A stretch of 64,000 bases of DNA from Candidatus Obscuribacteraceae bacterium (GCA_044226015.1 JBGAHS010000006.1:320001-384000); one strand, 5' to 3'; counted from the stretch's first letter, positions 25,047-37,500 are shown. Made by a program: numbers and translations. Notes: generated by a model not told the origin, from the sequence alone.

Positions 25047-25966
25047 ATCCCCTCATCTGCAAAAGCGAAGTAATCATTTGCCTCTAAGATCAAAGCGCGA
25101 ACTCGAGGAATGTCTTCTCTTGCAATCGCATTATCTTGAAGTGCAAAATCTATTGCACGATATACCTGTGGCTTCAAATCCAAACGAAAGCTCCGCAAGT
25201 CTTTCAATGGAGCGCTTAAAAGCATCTCTTTGTCTATCAGCATGCCCTCGCTGTACTCGAATTGCCTTGGAAATTCACCAGTGAGCAAATAGAACCAGAC
25301 ACTAGCGAGAGCATATATATCCGACTCTCGCGTGGGTGCAGCCCCTCTAATTACTTCTGGCGCCAGGCACAGCCAGCTCATCGTGGAGAGTTTGTCGGGG
25401 TAGTGCTGAGCAACTGCTGTTTCGAGTGGTATTGAATATCTATCTCGAGACCACCAATAGTCACTTATTCTCATTGTATTGGCCGCAACTCTGATGGATT
25501 CCGGGCTCAATGCACAATGCACAAGGTTGTTTTTGTGCAGCGCCTCTAATCCAAGAATGAGATTTTGAGCGGCTAGCAAAAAATTCGATTCATCTAATTG
25601 CACGCCCGCTGCATAGAGAGGCAGATAGGAATCATCTTCGGGGCAATCAATAATCTGAAAGTAGACACCATCTTGCAGCCAGCCAGACTCAACGATGTTC
25701 ACTACGCCAGGGTGCATGTTAGTGGCTCCACGAGCCCCCAGAGCGTTGGTACAAAGAGAGAGAAGGAACTCATCATCTTCAGTGTCAATCAACTCGCAAA
25801 CAAAACGTCCAGCAAATTTGGATGAAGCAAGCTCCCAACGTGCAGAACAATCGCCATCAGAAAGAGGGCGCACCCATCTAAAAGTGGAATCTGGAACCGC
25901 TTTACCTGGTTCAAATCGAAATACCCTTCGAGAAGCTGTTAAAATGTTTCTAGCAAGAAACGCCAT
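25043..25966 (-). CDS. Protein-kinase-fold pseudokinase
   Basis: HPGVV, LAPE and DIYAL are retained. The catalytic loop is HCALSPES (no Asp/Lys/Asn), DFG is DYW, and there is no Gly loop or beta3 Lys. ATGA overlap with the downstream kinase. Confidence 0.85.
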   Translation of the reverse strand: MAFLARNILTASRRVFRFEPGKAVPDSTFRWVRPLSDGDCSARWELASSKFAGRFVCELIDTEDDEFLLSLCTNALGARGATNMHPGVVNIVESGWLQDGVYFQIIDCPEDDSYLPLYAAGVQLDESNFLLAAQNLILGLEALHKNNLVHCALSPESIRVAANTMRISDYWWSRDRYSIPLETAVAQHYPDKLSTMSWLCLAPEVIRGAAPTRESDIYALASVWFYLLTGEFPRQFEYSEGMLIDKEMLLSAPLKDLRSFRLDLKPQVYRAIDFALQDNAIAREDIPRVRALILEANDYFAFADEGI

Positions 25967-26037
25967 GTCAGTAGGTTCCTATGCGCGGCTTCCTTTAGTT
26001 TACCGCCAATTGCACCGATAAAATACCTGTCTACAGA

Positions 26038-26823
26038 ATGCAGAATGTTAATACAAATTGGCTGGAAATAGGAAGAGAAATCTTCCTGTATCAATCATGC
26101 GACTTTTACTTGTACCAGACAGCGTGCCTGCTTGAAATCCCAAATGAAAGTTTCAGCTCCACTGAAGATGATCTGATCTATCATCTCGGCGCTGACTTAG
26201 TTGTTCTAAAAGCCGTTCCTATGAGGTCCCTGGTAATACAAAAGGCTCTAAACAATGCACTTGCAGAAGCCAAAGAGAGCTCAACCATCAGCCTTATATC
26301 TAAGAAACTAGAAGAGCTGCTCGATTTAACTGTTGAGGCAAAAGCTGAATTTTTCTCGAAAATAGGCACAGTCAATCGGGACGTTTCAATAGAAAAGCTG
26401 TTCTTCCACCTCAGCAGCAGCAATGAGAAACTTGTCCATTTTAAAGAAGATTCTCTTGATCTAGCTGGAGACTACTTCTGCCGTGAAATCTGCAAAGAAT
26501 TTGCCTGTTTTCCAAATATCAAAAGTTTGAACCTATCCAATTGCAATCTGACGGACAGCGACTTGTCTTTCCTTCAGTCCCTGTCTCAGCTGAAATCGCT
26601 GAACTTGAGCAATAATCCTGTAAGCAGCATCGGACTGCGGAATTTAAATGCTTATTTGATCGAAGAACTAAATCTGGCAAACACTAATTTTAATGCCAGC
26701 GGAACAATGCAATTGAGAAAGTTCCATTCGCTTCGCTCACTCACACTGCCATCGACTTTCGATCAACTATCGATGGATTCCCTGAGCAGTTCATTGATCA
26801 ACTGCTACATCACTCGCGAGTGA
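26038..26823 (+). CDS. LRR protein; catalytically dead paralog of the peptidase-LRR module of the 855-aa protein
   Basis: LRRs (IKSLNLSNCNLTD, LKSLNLSNNPVS). The N-terminal part aligns in register with the HEWSH region of 21547..24114. Confidence 0.8.
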   Translation: MQNVNTNWLEIGREIFLYQSCDFYLYQTACLLEIPNESFSSTEDDLIYHLGADLVVLKAVPMRSLVIQKALNNALAEAKESSTISLISKKLEELLDLTVEAKAEFFSKIGTVNRDVSIEKLFFHLSSSNEKLVHFKEDSLDLAGDYFCREICKEFACFPNIKSLNLSNCNLTDSDLSFLQSLSQLKSLNLSNNPVSSIGLRNLNAYLIEELNLANTNFNASGTMQLRKFHSLRSLTLPSTFDQLSMDSLSSSLINCYITRE

Positions 26824-26901
26824 GAGACAAATTTACTTGCTCGATAAAACAAAGACAGAGAGTTAAACTCCCTGTCTTTGCGGGCGGCTGGTGTATGAAA
26901 G

Positions 26902-27339
26902 CTAGTAAGATCTGGCAATCCATGTGTCCCGAGAAGCAACAAGACTTGCTCCATAGCTGGGATGCAAGGACAAAATAGATTCGTAATTAAATGCGTTATC
27001 AGACTCAGACAAATCATGGAAGCAAATAGTCACGTTATTGTGATCATGATTAATAACTTGAATTTCGTATTTCCAGTCATGTTTTGAACTCTCCAGCACT
27101 GCTTTCTTTTCGTTTAGCAGCAAGGGAAAAATGCCATAGTCTGCAAAGCTTGATTTGGAACCACTCAATTTGAAAGACAGCGAGGAAGGGAATGTTCTCA
27201 GGTCTAAATGTTCAACAACATATTTAGCCAAATGCTTGTCTGGTATCCGGCCTTCATATGAAGATGCTGAAGCACTGGGTGATATCAGCACAAACATTGC
27301 CGAAATAAAACTTGCTAATTGATTCTTCATAAGGGTCAC
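26902..27339 (-). CDS. Small secreted hypothetical protein
   Basis: Signal-peptide-like N-terminus (MKNQLASFISAMFVLISPSASA). The start may be the ATG at 27330. Confidence 0.7.
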   Translation of the reverse strand: MTLMKNQLASFISAMFVLISPSASASSYEGRIPDKHLAKYVVEHLDLRTFPSSLSFKLSGSKSSFADYGIFPLLLNEKKAVLESSKHDWKYEIQVINHDHNNVTICFHDLSESDNAFNYESILSLHPSYGASLVASRDTWIARSY

Positions 27340-27553
27340 CAGCGGTTCGCCTTATCAGATTATCGCGAACCTGTGACACAAGAGTGATCGTCAAACGGCA
27401 AAGCAGAAGATTCAGTACACTGTTTGATTACACAGTATTGGCCCAGTGATCCACCACCTTGGTTTGCGCAAGTCCTTCTTTTCCTTGACGCCCCTATAAG
27501 CCGATAATCGAGTAAGGTGCTGACTTCATCTACACCTCTGTCCGAGAATAATT

Positions 27554-27886
27554 ATGGAAAAACAAGATTATGCTATATCCAAACCGAATGAAGAATTTCG
27601 GAGGGAAGACTCTAACCCACAGCTTAACCTGTTGATGCTCAGCGGATATACCGATAGACGCACGACTCCGACGTCCATCATTGAACCCTTGCCGATGCCT
27701 GGCGATAACAAACATTACTCTGATTCACCGCCACAATCAGATAAAAACGACAAGCAGGAAGATACCGAAGATAAGAAGGACAAGCCTGAGAATGAAGATG
27801 AATCACTTCCCGGTGTAATAATTGACCCAGGCGAATGGTTCAAGCCAAAAAATATGGGCAACCCTCTAAATCCAATTTACTGGTAG
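27554..27886 (+). CDS. Small acidic, disordered hypothetical protein
   Basis: 110-aa ORF that fills the gap between genes and has D/E/K/P-rich composition like other signal-less proteins in the window. Confidence 0.55.
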   Translation: MEKQDYAISKPNEEFRREDSNPQLNLLMLSGYTDRRTTPTSIIEPLPMPGDNKHYSDSPPQSDKNDKQEDTEDKKDKPENEDESLPGVIIDPGEWFKPKNMGNPLNPIYW

Positions 27887-28549
27887 CTATTGCTGCCCCC
27901 AGAACATAATTTGTTCTCGCACCGACCCTCTTGAAGCAAGGTGAATGCTCAAGCGTTTACCTGTGCTGAGAGAACTTTCCGTGCAAAAATTGTAATAGGT
28001 CAAAGCGGCGGCAATATCGTCAAAGTTGTCTTCTGGCACCCATACGATGCTTGTAGAAATATTCTTGAATTGCAAATCAATCATGAGACGCAAAAGAACA
28101 TTCGCAATCGCATCAGCTTGATTGTTTTTTCGATCAACTTTTCCCAGCACGATAATTCCCAATCCTTCCAAAGGAAATTTAGGATTTGCATATCGCCGAG
28201 AACCTATGGGAACGCGTCCCTTGTACCAGTATTCCTGCAGAGTCTGCGACTTCGCATCCTGCTGCGACCTATCTGCCCGAGGAAAAGACCTGTAACTGAT
28301 TCGTACCTTACTCAGGGGGCGTAGGGTCGATCCTTCAGTGTTGAACTTTTGTACTTGCTGAACGTCAAGATACATTGCCCAATCACATTCATTCTCAAGA
28401 TGTTTATCTTGCAGATTGATCTTAACTTCTGCATTTGCAGATTCATTTGCGAAAAGACAAGAGCATAGAGCAAATGCGAGCGCAAGAAAAAACGAGACCA
28501 GCGGTTTTGCAACCGCTGGCCTTTGATAGTCTCCTGCCTGCGCCAACAT
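27887..28549 (-). CDS. Secreted/periplasmic hypothetical protein
   Basis: Hydrophobic signal-like segment ending in ANA-E. Starts 5 nt after the stop of the giant adhesin-like gene, so probably co-transcribed. Confidence 0.75.
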   Translation of the reverse strand: MLAQAGDYQRPAVAKPLVSFFLALAFALCSCLFANESANAEVKINLQDKHLENECDWAMYLDVQQVQKFNTEGSTLRPLSKVRISYRSFPRADRSQQDAKSQTLQEYWYKGRVPIGSRRYANPKFPLEGLGIIVLGKVDRKNNQADAIANVLLRLMIDLQFKNISTSIVWVPEDNFDDIAAALTYYNFCTESSLSTGKRLSIHLASRGSVREQIMFWGQQ

Positions 28550-28554
28550 GAGCC

Positions 28555-31500
28555 TTATTCAGCAGAGGCTCTCAATCTAGTGCGAGAATCCGACGAATAA
28601 TTTACAGGCACGAGGACCTGACGCTTGTTATGTTCGGATTTGCGCGCACGTGATTGATATGCACCGTGGCTTTGTGTCACCACATGTAGTGCAGCAGCTG
28701 TCTTGAGCATCTTGCCTGAAATTTGCTTAGCAACGTGATTGTTTTCAGTCGATGATGCTGATAGCCCTGACCAATTTCCAATTACGCTGGATAGCGAGAT
28801 TTCGCAGATGCTTACATGACGATTAGCAGAGAGTTTGTAATTCGAGAAATGGCGTCTGCCAATTCCGTCAGCTTTACCCTGTTCTGCTTCCGACAGTTTG
28901 TGATCAGAAATCACAACTTCTTCACCGGCTGTAAGGGTGATTTCGCTTTCCCCAACATGCAATGAAACATGTCCTGGTCCGCTGCATACAGCAACGCGCA
29001 ATCCACCTTCTTCGGTGCTCACGCTGAAGAGTGAGCCCTTCTTTGCGTGCACATCAGCAAGGTCTGTGTGAATGACAGTGTCACAAATAGGGTTCATGAA
29101 CATTGAACCTGTCTTCAAAGTAAATTGAGAAGCCGCCTTGCGGGCAGTCAACTTGGCAGAGCCTGACTCTTCGAGACTATTGATTCCCTTTCCAGTCAGT
29201 AACAAGCTTTCGTTGTATCCCGGTGCAAACACATGGGCAGTCGCGCCGGACTCATCATCATCACCATTGAATTCAAGGTCTAGAGTGGAATGATTTCTGT
29301 CCTTAAACGAAATCGGGGTCAGACTGTTGACAGTCAGATCCGCTCCCTGCATGGTCAGAGAAGCTCCGCTTCCAACACTAAAGACCATACCGCCACCAAA
29401 CAAATTCATGACCGATTGAGTTGTCGCAGAATTACCAAGGTTGTATGTTGCACCAGCAGTCACATTCTGCAGCACAGAGCCTGTGCCATAGTTAACAGAA
29501 CCTGAAGCATTGTTGTTGATTGCAACATTAGAACCCAGTGGCAATGGCGGACCACCTTCGGGCTGAACAAACAGTGGGTCTGTAGGCAACGTTCCAGGCA
29601 CCGTCGAAAGATTGTTGATCTGGCTCAAATTTGTGCCGGCTGTAATTTCGATAATTCCACCGACTGCATTTGTTGCAACAGTGCCTACGGCAGCAGCATT
29701 CGCAAAGAAGTCGGTCGTCGAAGTAACCTTATTGCTGTTCAATATCGAAATGTTGCCACCATTTGCGGTGTAATTACCGGATAGGTTCAACGCCCCGGTT
29801 GAGACGATGCTGACACTGCCACCATTAGATATGAAGGTAGCCGCATCAGTTGTGCTTAAGCCACCTGGTCCGACGGTGATCTTGATGTCTCCTCTTGACT
29901 GAATCTCATTTGGAGTCAGAACAGGAGCTACTGGGAGGCCATTCAATGTTCCAGCAGTAAACGTCGCACCATTTATGCTCATTCCAGTTTTCGATTCATT
30001 GATGGCAATCAAACCGGTATTGGCAGTGAAATTACCACCATTTATGGTGAGACCTGCGGCTGAAGTTATTGTAAGTCCGTTTCCGCCAAACACCGTTCCG
30101 CTGTTTATGCCGTCTGTCATCGTTACTTTAAGTGCCTGCCCTGTTGTAGCGAAGACATTCACTTTGGTTTGTGAATTATTTGAATAGATAGTGCCAGCAG
30201 TGTTCAGCAACTCTTTAGTTGTGAAACTGATGTTGTTTGCTCCCAAATCAGACATATTGAATACGAATCCAGAAACTGGAGCCACAGTTATTTTGTCTGA
30301 TGCAATGCTGAGATCATTCAACACAATTCCAGCAACGGTTAGCGGATTTGTTTGAGTTATTGACACCGGACCTGCAGCAATGAGCATCAGGTTATTGATA
30401 TTAGAAGTAGAAACGGCTGCAATCTTTGTGTTGACGCCAACAGTCGTGAAGATCGAAGTCGTCCCAGTAGTGAACGAAGAGAATGCTGTAAGTTCGCCAC
30501 TCTTAACCAAAGTCGGTGTAACACCTTTGAGCTGGTAGTTTACTCCAGCCGTTACCCATAATGAAGATTCATTAGCTGTAATAGATGAGCCGCTTCCGGT
30601 GACGTTTGGAGCAAATACTCTGACCACACCACCATCACCGATGGTGCCGGCAGACAACGAAGCTTTAGTCATCGTGATTGTGCCGGCAGAAACAGTGGTG
30701 CTAGTCGGCGAAGTTGTCGCAAGAGTTGCTTGCCCTGCATGAATACCTAGAGTGCCAAAGCTTCCAGCACTCAATTTGCCAGCTATGGTAGAGCTTCCAC
30801 CAATGTATATTCCGAGATTATTATCACTAGAGATAACACCTGATGATGCGATGTTCAGAACCTGTCCAACGACAGAGGTATTAAAGAACATATGTGCATC
30901 TGTCACGAATGCATTCGGGGTTGGAGAACCGGTGCTGATACCATTCACTGCCTGGAAGTTAATAGTGCCATTAATTTTGGAAGTTCCAGTTGTAGGTGCA
31001 TTAACTGAGACAGGGTTGGCAGCACCAAAATTCGCGAAGGTTAGCGTCAGCCCAGAAGGAATATTCATGGCATTCAGGTTAGCCAGTGAGAATGGAACGC
31101 TTGCAGTCGTGGTGTCGAAGTTCAAGGTTCCTGTGCCGGTGCCGCTCAATTTTCCAGATACACCTGAACTAGGATTTCCCTGTAGCGCAATTAATGCGTT
31201 GCGAATGCCCGCATTTGTCAGGTCAAGACTGCTTATGTTCAGGATACTGGAGGTTGAATTTACGACGACACCATTTCCGATGTTAATCGAGTTCGCACTA
31301 GCACCCTGTAGAACAATTGAGGTGCTTGATGCAGTGCTAGAAGCATTGAGGTCTGCAGAGCCGACATTTGCTCCAAGTCCATAGTAGAAGTTCGAATTAT
31401 CACCCGACGGAGTCACGTTCGAAGGTTGAGATCCAACCACCGGAGTGGACGGGAAGGCGCCACTTATAAGCGCAACGCCGGCTTGAGTGTTCACTGAATT

Positions 31501-34500
31501 CGAGCTTGCCAATCCATTAAACAACCACCCCGTTCCAGACAGAACGACACCATCAGCCACATTGATTGCAGCGGAACCAACTGCGTTGTTGTTTTGAACA
31601 GTTAGCGGTCCACCTTGAGCCGATATATTGGAATTGAGGTTGATTGTACCCGAACTCGTATTCGAGTTGAGAATCGTTATCGCACCATTGAATGACAAAA
31701 TGTTGCTAACGCCGAAGCTGCCACCGTTCGTCAGATTGCCGGTCAGGTAAACATCTCCGCCAGCATTTATGCTTGCAAAATCAGCGTTAGCACTCGGATT
31801 CGAACCTGAATTGGTGATGTTTATGTAGACATTACCGGCTCCGCCAATCGGGGAAGCATTTGTTGTAACAGTAAGACTTCCAGCAGTTGAACCATTTGGC
31901 ACCAGGTCAACATTAAAGCTTGAACCTGATGGGGTGTAGACATTGCTAGAGTTGGCAGTTCTACTGAGGAAACCAATATTGCCAGTCATGCTCATCAACG
32001 AGACACTATTAGCACTAACCAAGCCAATCGCTGTTTGCTGCAAACTACCTGCTGAATTTATGTTCACTGAACTGGTTGCAGTGCCAGCACCTACGACACC
32101 GTTCAAGGTAATTGAGTCAGCACTGTTGAAGCCAGTTATCGTATTCAGATTGACGGTTTCTGCCTTCAATCCACCGTTTATAGCCAAGGAACCAACGTTT
32201 ACGATGGTTATCATATTGGTGGAAACAGTAGTGGTATTGCTTACAACCAGATTTCCAAAATTGGAAATGCTGACACTAGAGCTGCCATTGGTTGTCAGAT
32301 TCAAAAGAGCGGTCTGAGTAGATATAGGTCCGTTACTGGTTCCATCGACACCCAAAGAGAGAAGCAATTTGTTCGGTGCGTAAATTGTTGCGTTCAAACC
32401 AGTGGAGATAGCGCCACCAGTAGCAGTGCCACCAGAAGCATCAAGAGTAATGGTTGGGGCATAAACAGAACCATCTATCTTCAAGTTTCCGGTTCCACTT
32501 CCATTTGCAGAAAGTGATAGAGGACCGCTTGAAACAACAGTCATGCTCTGCCCGACAGGTCCGCTAGGTGCAATCGTCAGATCGCCATTGCTAACCCCAA
32601 TATTCATTGTTGCAGTAGTTGAACCTGTCAAAGTAGCAGAAATAACCGTCAAATCATTCTGACTTGAGATATTTACATTACCACCAGTGCTAACAACACT
32701 GAGGTTCTGAACATTCACATCAAGTCCCGTGGGACCCGTTCCGCCAGTTCCAACCTTGACGTTGAGCGTTCCGGTTTGTATGTCAGTGGTACCAGCTTGA
32801 GTTATTGGGTTCGCGCCAGCAACAACGAGAGTTATGGAACCGCTGCTGTCGCCAGAGGTCAAACCACCCGGGATGTTGATGCCCGCTGGCGAGCTGACAA
32901 GAATACTTCCAGAGGTTAAATTCCCAGGAGAACCCGCCACCGACATATTTAGTGGTGTCGAACGTCCAATATTGAGCGCTTGAGCAGCCGTTGTCGTTGT
33001 CTGGGTTATGAAAATCGAACCACCTATTCCCGTGTCGCCGCTATTCGTAGAGGCATTCGCCGTGATCGTCAGCGGGAATGTAGTAGTCATATTTACTTGT
33101 TTGGCGTTGATGGTGACAGAACCACCATTCGAACCTGTTCCTGCTGTGACGTTCGTTGCAGAAGCACTCAGATTGCCAGATGCTGTGGCGGTGATTATGC
33201 CAGTTGGAGCCTCAAGGTCGATATTACCTCCATTACCTGCAGGCAACGCGCTGTTTACAGAACTAGCACCGCCTGCTGACGAGACGGAAATGAGCGCGGG
33301 GTCAAATTGAATACCACCAGTGCCCAGGTTCTTTATACCTATTGAACCACCATTGTTACCAGCAGCCACCAGTCCGCCACCACCGGTTCCTACACCATTG
33401 CCGTTAGCTGCAGCGTTTCCTACATTGAATGGTGTCGTGCTGTTGGTGACGATAGAAATGATGCCACCATTTCCGATGCCGTCACCAGCAGGGAACGTAG
33501 CACTGCTGTCTTGAGCGGGTCCACCGGACGCGCTCAAACCGCCACTTTGGGCATTTCCTGAAATAAATACTTTTCCGTTAGTTCCGGTTGCCGATAGGTA
33601 AATAGCACCACCATTGCCACCATTTACAATCAATGTGTTAGCAGTACCGTTGCAACTTGCACAATTTCCGCCAGCTTGACCGGTAACGAAAATGCTGGTG
33701 GGCTGCGCAACAATGATGCCACCGGCTCCCTTGGCACTTATATTGACGACCCCACCATTAGAACCGTTAGCGAAGAGAGAGCCAGTGACGCCATTAGTGG
33801 TAGTTGCTCCGACAGTAAATGGCGTAGCGCTATTCGAAAGAATAGCGATTTGTCCACCAGCACCAGCTGACAAAAGGAAATTTCCAGACGAGTTAGACTG
33901 AAGCTGAGCACCACCATTGACACTTAAGCTGCCATTGACCAGTACATTGCCTTGTGCAGCCTGGAGAACAATCTGTCCGCCTGGCCCGCCTACATCTTGT
34001 CCATTTTTTGTTACGGACAAATTAGCGTCGTTTGCAGCAACACTAAGTCCGTTGCTAGCGACGTTAATTCCGCCCTTGCCGAGATTGTTTATGGTTATGG
34101 AACCACCAGCCCACCCGGCAGCGTTGATGACGCCACCAACTCCATTAACCAGGACGCCGAGCCCATTCACGGTGAAAGCACCTGTTGAATTTGAGGTGAG
34201 CGAGACTGAACCGCCCAGACCATCAGCGAACTGAGAGCTGTGAGAGGTTCCACCATTTACGTTAATTCCACCGCCAATAGCTAGGTTACCCTTCACTGCT
34301 TGCAGGCTCAATTGACCGCCGTTTCCAGCAGCTCCAAATGTTGAGGTTCCTGGTTGAAGCAAAATCGAACCATTGGTAGCCGAGATACCACCAGTACCTA
34401 AGTTAGTCACGGTGATAGTTCCAGCGTCACCATTGCCACCAACCCCAGAACCACCGTTGGATATCAGACTGCCCACGACACCATTCGTCACGCTAGGTCC

Positions 34501-37500
34501 GCTTGCTCCGATTTGAAAAGCACTCGTCGAATTAGTTGTAATGACGATGTTGCCACCAAAGCCACCAATTGATGGGTTAGACGTCGGATTTCCTACACCA
34601 TTGACACTGATGCTGCTTAGAACTCCAACAGGTCCATTCACGGCTAGCAAATTTACGTTACCACCGAAGCCACCAAAACCGATAAGTGTTGGTCCTATAA
34701 CGGAAGCAGGTGCAATCGGATTGCTGTTAATTGCGCTGGCAGCAACCTGAATACCACCTTTTCCGATGTTCGAGACAGTTATCGTACCTCCTGAGTATCC
34801 GGTTGCCGAAAGGGTTCCGACACTGTTGGATGCGCTGGACGGCGTACCGACAGCAAAAGGAGTTGCAGAGTTACTGTTGAGAACGATGGTTCCGCCATTG
34901 CCTGAAGTGAAGTAAGGTTGAACCGTTATGCTTGAAACATAAGAATTCACTACATTGAAGACTGTAAACTGAGTAGACGAGAGAACAGCACTGATTGCAA
35001 CGGCTTCGTTTTGCGGAGCGCTACTTCCATTAAGTCCAGCCAAACCAACTACTTGTCCTGCATACAGTCCTACGGTACTAGACACTGTGATGGTGGTACT
35101 AGCCACAGAACTTGCACTTATGGCAGTAGGAGCGCTTTCGGTGCCACCATTAGCACTAAGTCCTATAGCACTCTGAATCGCTCCGTTCGCCGTCAAGAGG
35201 ATATTGCCACCATCACCGCCGATAGTGCCCAACAAGGATGAAGCATTAGCAGCAGCAACTGAAACGACTGCTGTAGAGCCAATCGTGATGCCACCACCCT
35301 GGTTAATCACTTTTATGGTACCACCAGAGCCGGTTGGCAATGTTGAGTAAATCAATCCACTTGGGCTGCCACCACCAGACACATTTCCATTAGCTGTCAG
35401 ATTTCCTTTCACGCCGTTAAACGTAGCGCTTAGAACAGCATTCGGGTCAATTACAAAGGGTGTTGTGCTATTAGTTGTAATTTGTATGAGTCCGCCATCG
35501 CCACTTCCGCGAGCGACAGAAGAACTGCCGCCGCTAGCATCGATATTGCCGGTGCTCTGAACAATTTTTCCTTCTAAGAAAATCTGTCCGCCTGACCCAC
35601 CAACATAAGATAAGTTAGCCGTACCAAGCAGACCGCTTGTAGCGTCGGCACCCTGAACCTGAAGGGCACCACCTTGAACGATAATGCCACCAGTTCCAGT
35701 GTTCTTAACCGAAATAGTTCCACCGCTACCATAGCTCTGAGTTGTACCAAGATTACCGTTGGCCGTAAGGAGTCCGTTACCAGATACACCGTTTCCTCCA
35801 ACCGTCGCCTGACCGATGTTGAAAGCTTGTGAGCTGTTCATTACGATATTGATGCTACCGCCGTTACCACCTGGAAGACCACTGGCACCGGAAAGCGTGC
35901 TTGGGGCACCATCAGCATTCAAGGTTCCGGCGATCGATACTGTGGAACCAGCAGTAAGGTTAATGTTCGCACCCCTACCATCTGCATACTGAGTTCCAAA
36001 TCCGCTATCTGCAAGGTTGTTAACACTAGGAGCCATAGTGATGGCAGCAGGGGTGACATTGATGCCGAGTGCTGCTTTCACATTCAGCGTTCCGCCATTT
36101 CCACCAACGGTATCTGATGGAGCATTTATGGTGAAGCTGTTTGCAGCATTGTTGATATTAACAGCCCCTGCACTGGTTGATGTCGTAGTGATGTTGATTG
36201 TTCCGCCATCACCACCAGTAGCATCAAGTGGACCACTGCCATTGTAGGGGGAGTAGCCACTGAGACCACTTGCACTGACAGGTATAGCACCGGCTGAGGC
36301 GAAGGAAGCAGCTCTGATGTTTATGGTACCGCCGTTAACACCATAACCTGCTGTCGAATTAGCAGACTGCGCATCAGAAGAAACGCTTGCGCTATTTAAG
36401 AAGGTCATCAAACCACCGCTTTCCAAATTCGTAATGGACGATGGAATCATTCCTGGAGATCCACCAGCGGGAAGTGTGTTATTGGCATTACTGATGTTGC
36501 TGTTAAGGTTCAGAGCACCTCCGGCTCTGACTGTGATTGTAGTCGTCGCTGTTGTAGCATTTCCAGTCGTCGGTGGAACCTGGAAGTACCCACCAGCAGC
36601 GTTCATCTTTCCTACAGTCGCACCTGCGTTCAACAAATTCGCTGAGGGACCAAGCGAGCCGGTGCTCGTCAACGCACTTGAGGTCGCCGTTGTATTGTAC
36701 GTAAGAACAAACGGAGCGCTTGCGTTTGTTAACGGAGTGGAAGTCACTACCGTAATATTGCCGCCACCCTGATTACCACCACGGGTATCGATGCCACCCG
36801 ATACGCTTGCTAAATTGATTGTAGTCGGTGCAGACGCTGCAGAGCCCTTGCTTCCGCCAGCAACAATAACAACATCACCATTCAGGTTGCTGCTCGAACT
36901 CACATTCAGGCTACCAGAAGCAGTACCACCAGTGCTGATCGCCACATCGGGCATACTGAGTTGCCCAGTCGTAGACGGATTAGAGCTTGAGGCAAACGCA
37001 GTTATTGAAACATTTCCACCAGCAGCACCGATGTTTCCGTTAACCGGTCCACCATTGGCGGTTATATTGTTCAATGTTGGCAAGTTGATATTGCCACCTG
37101 TTGAAGAAGAACCAACCACACGAATAGTTGTCTCAATTTTATCGTTCAGCCCGCCACTCAGGTAAGTGTGCTTTCCAGTGACAGTATAACTAGCACCCGC
37201 GGTCATTATGATCGGAGACGCGGTGAACTGCTTAGCTTGACCGCTGCTTGTAATGCTGAAATTACTCAGAGTTGAGCTTTGTATGTTGTTTCCAGCAACA
37301 AGGGTCACAACTCCACCAGGTCCTAATGGACTAATAGTGTTAAAGCCACCGGTAGAGATTGAACCATTCAGATTAATGTTCTTACCAGCAAGAATTGTCA
37401 CTGGCGACGTTTCAACAGCAATATTGCCGAGTTTTCCAGCAGAGCCAACATTGATGGAGCCATTATTGATTGTAGAAAACGAAATACTGTCGCCGTTGGT

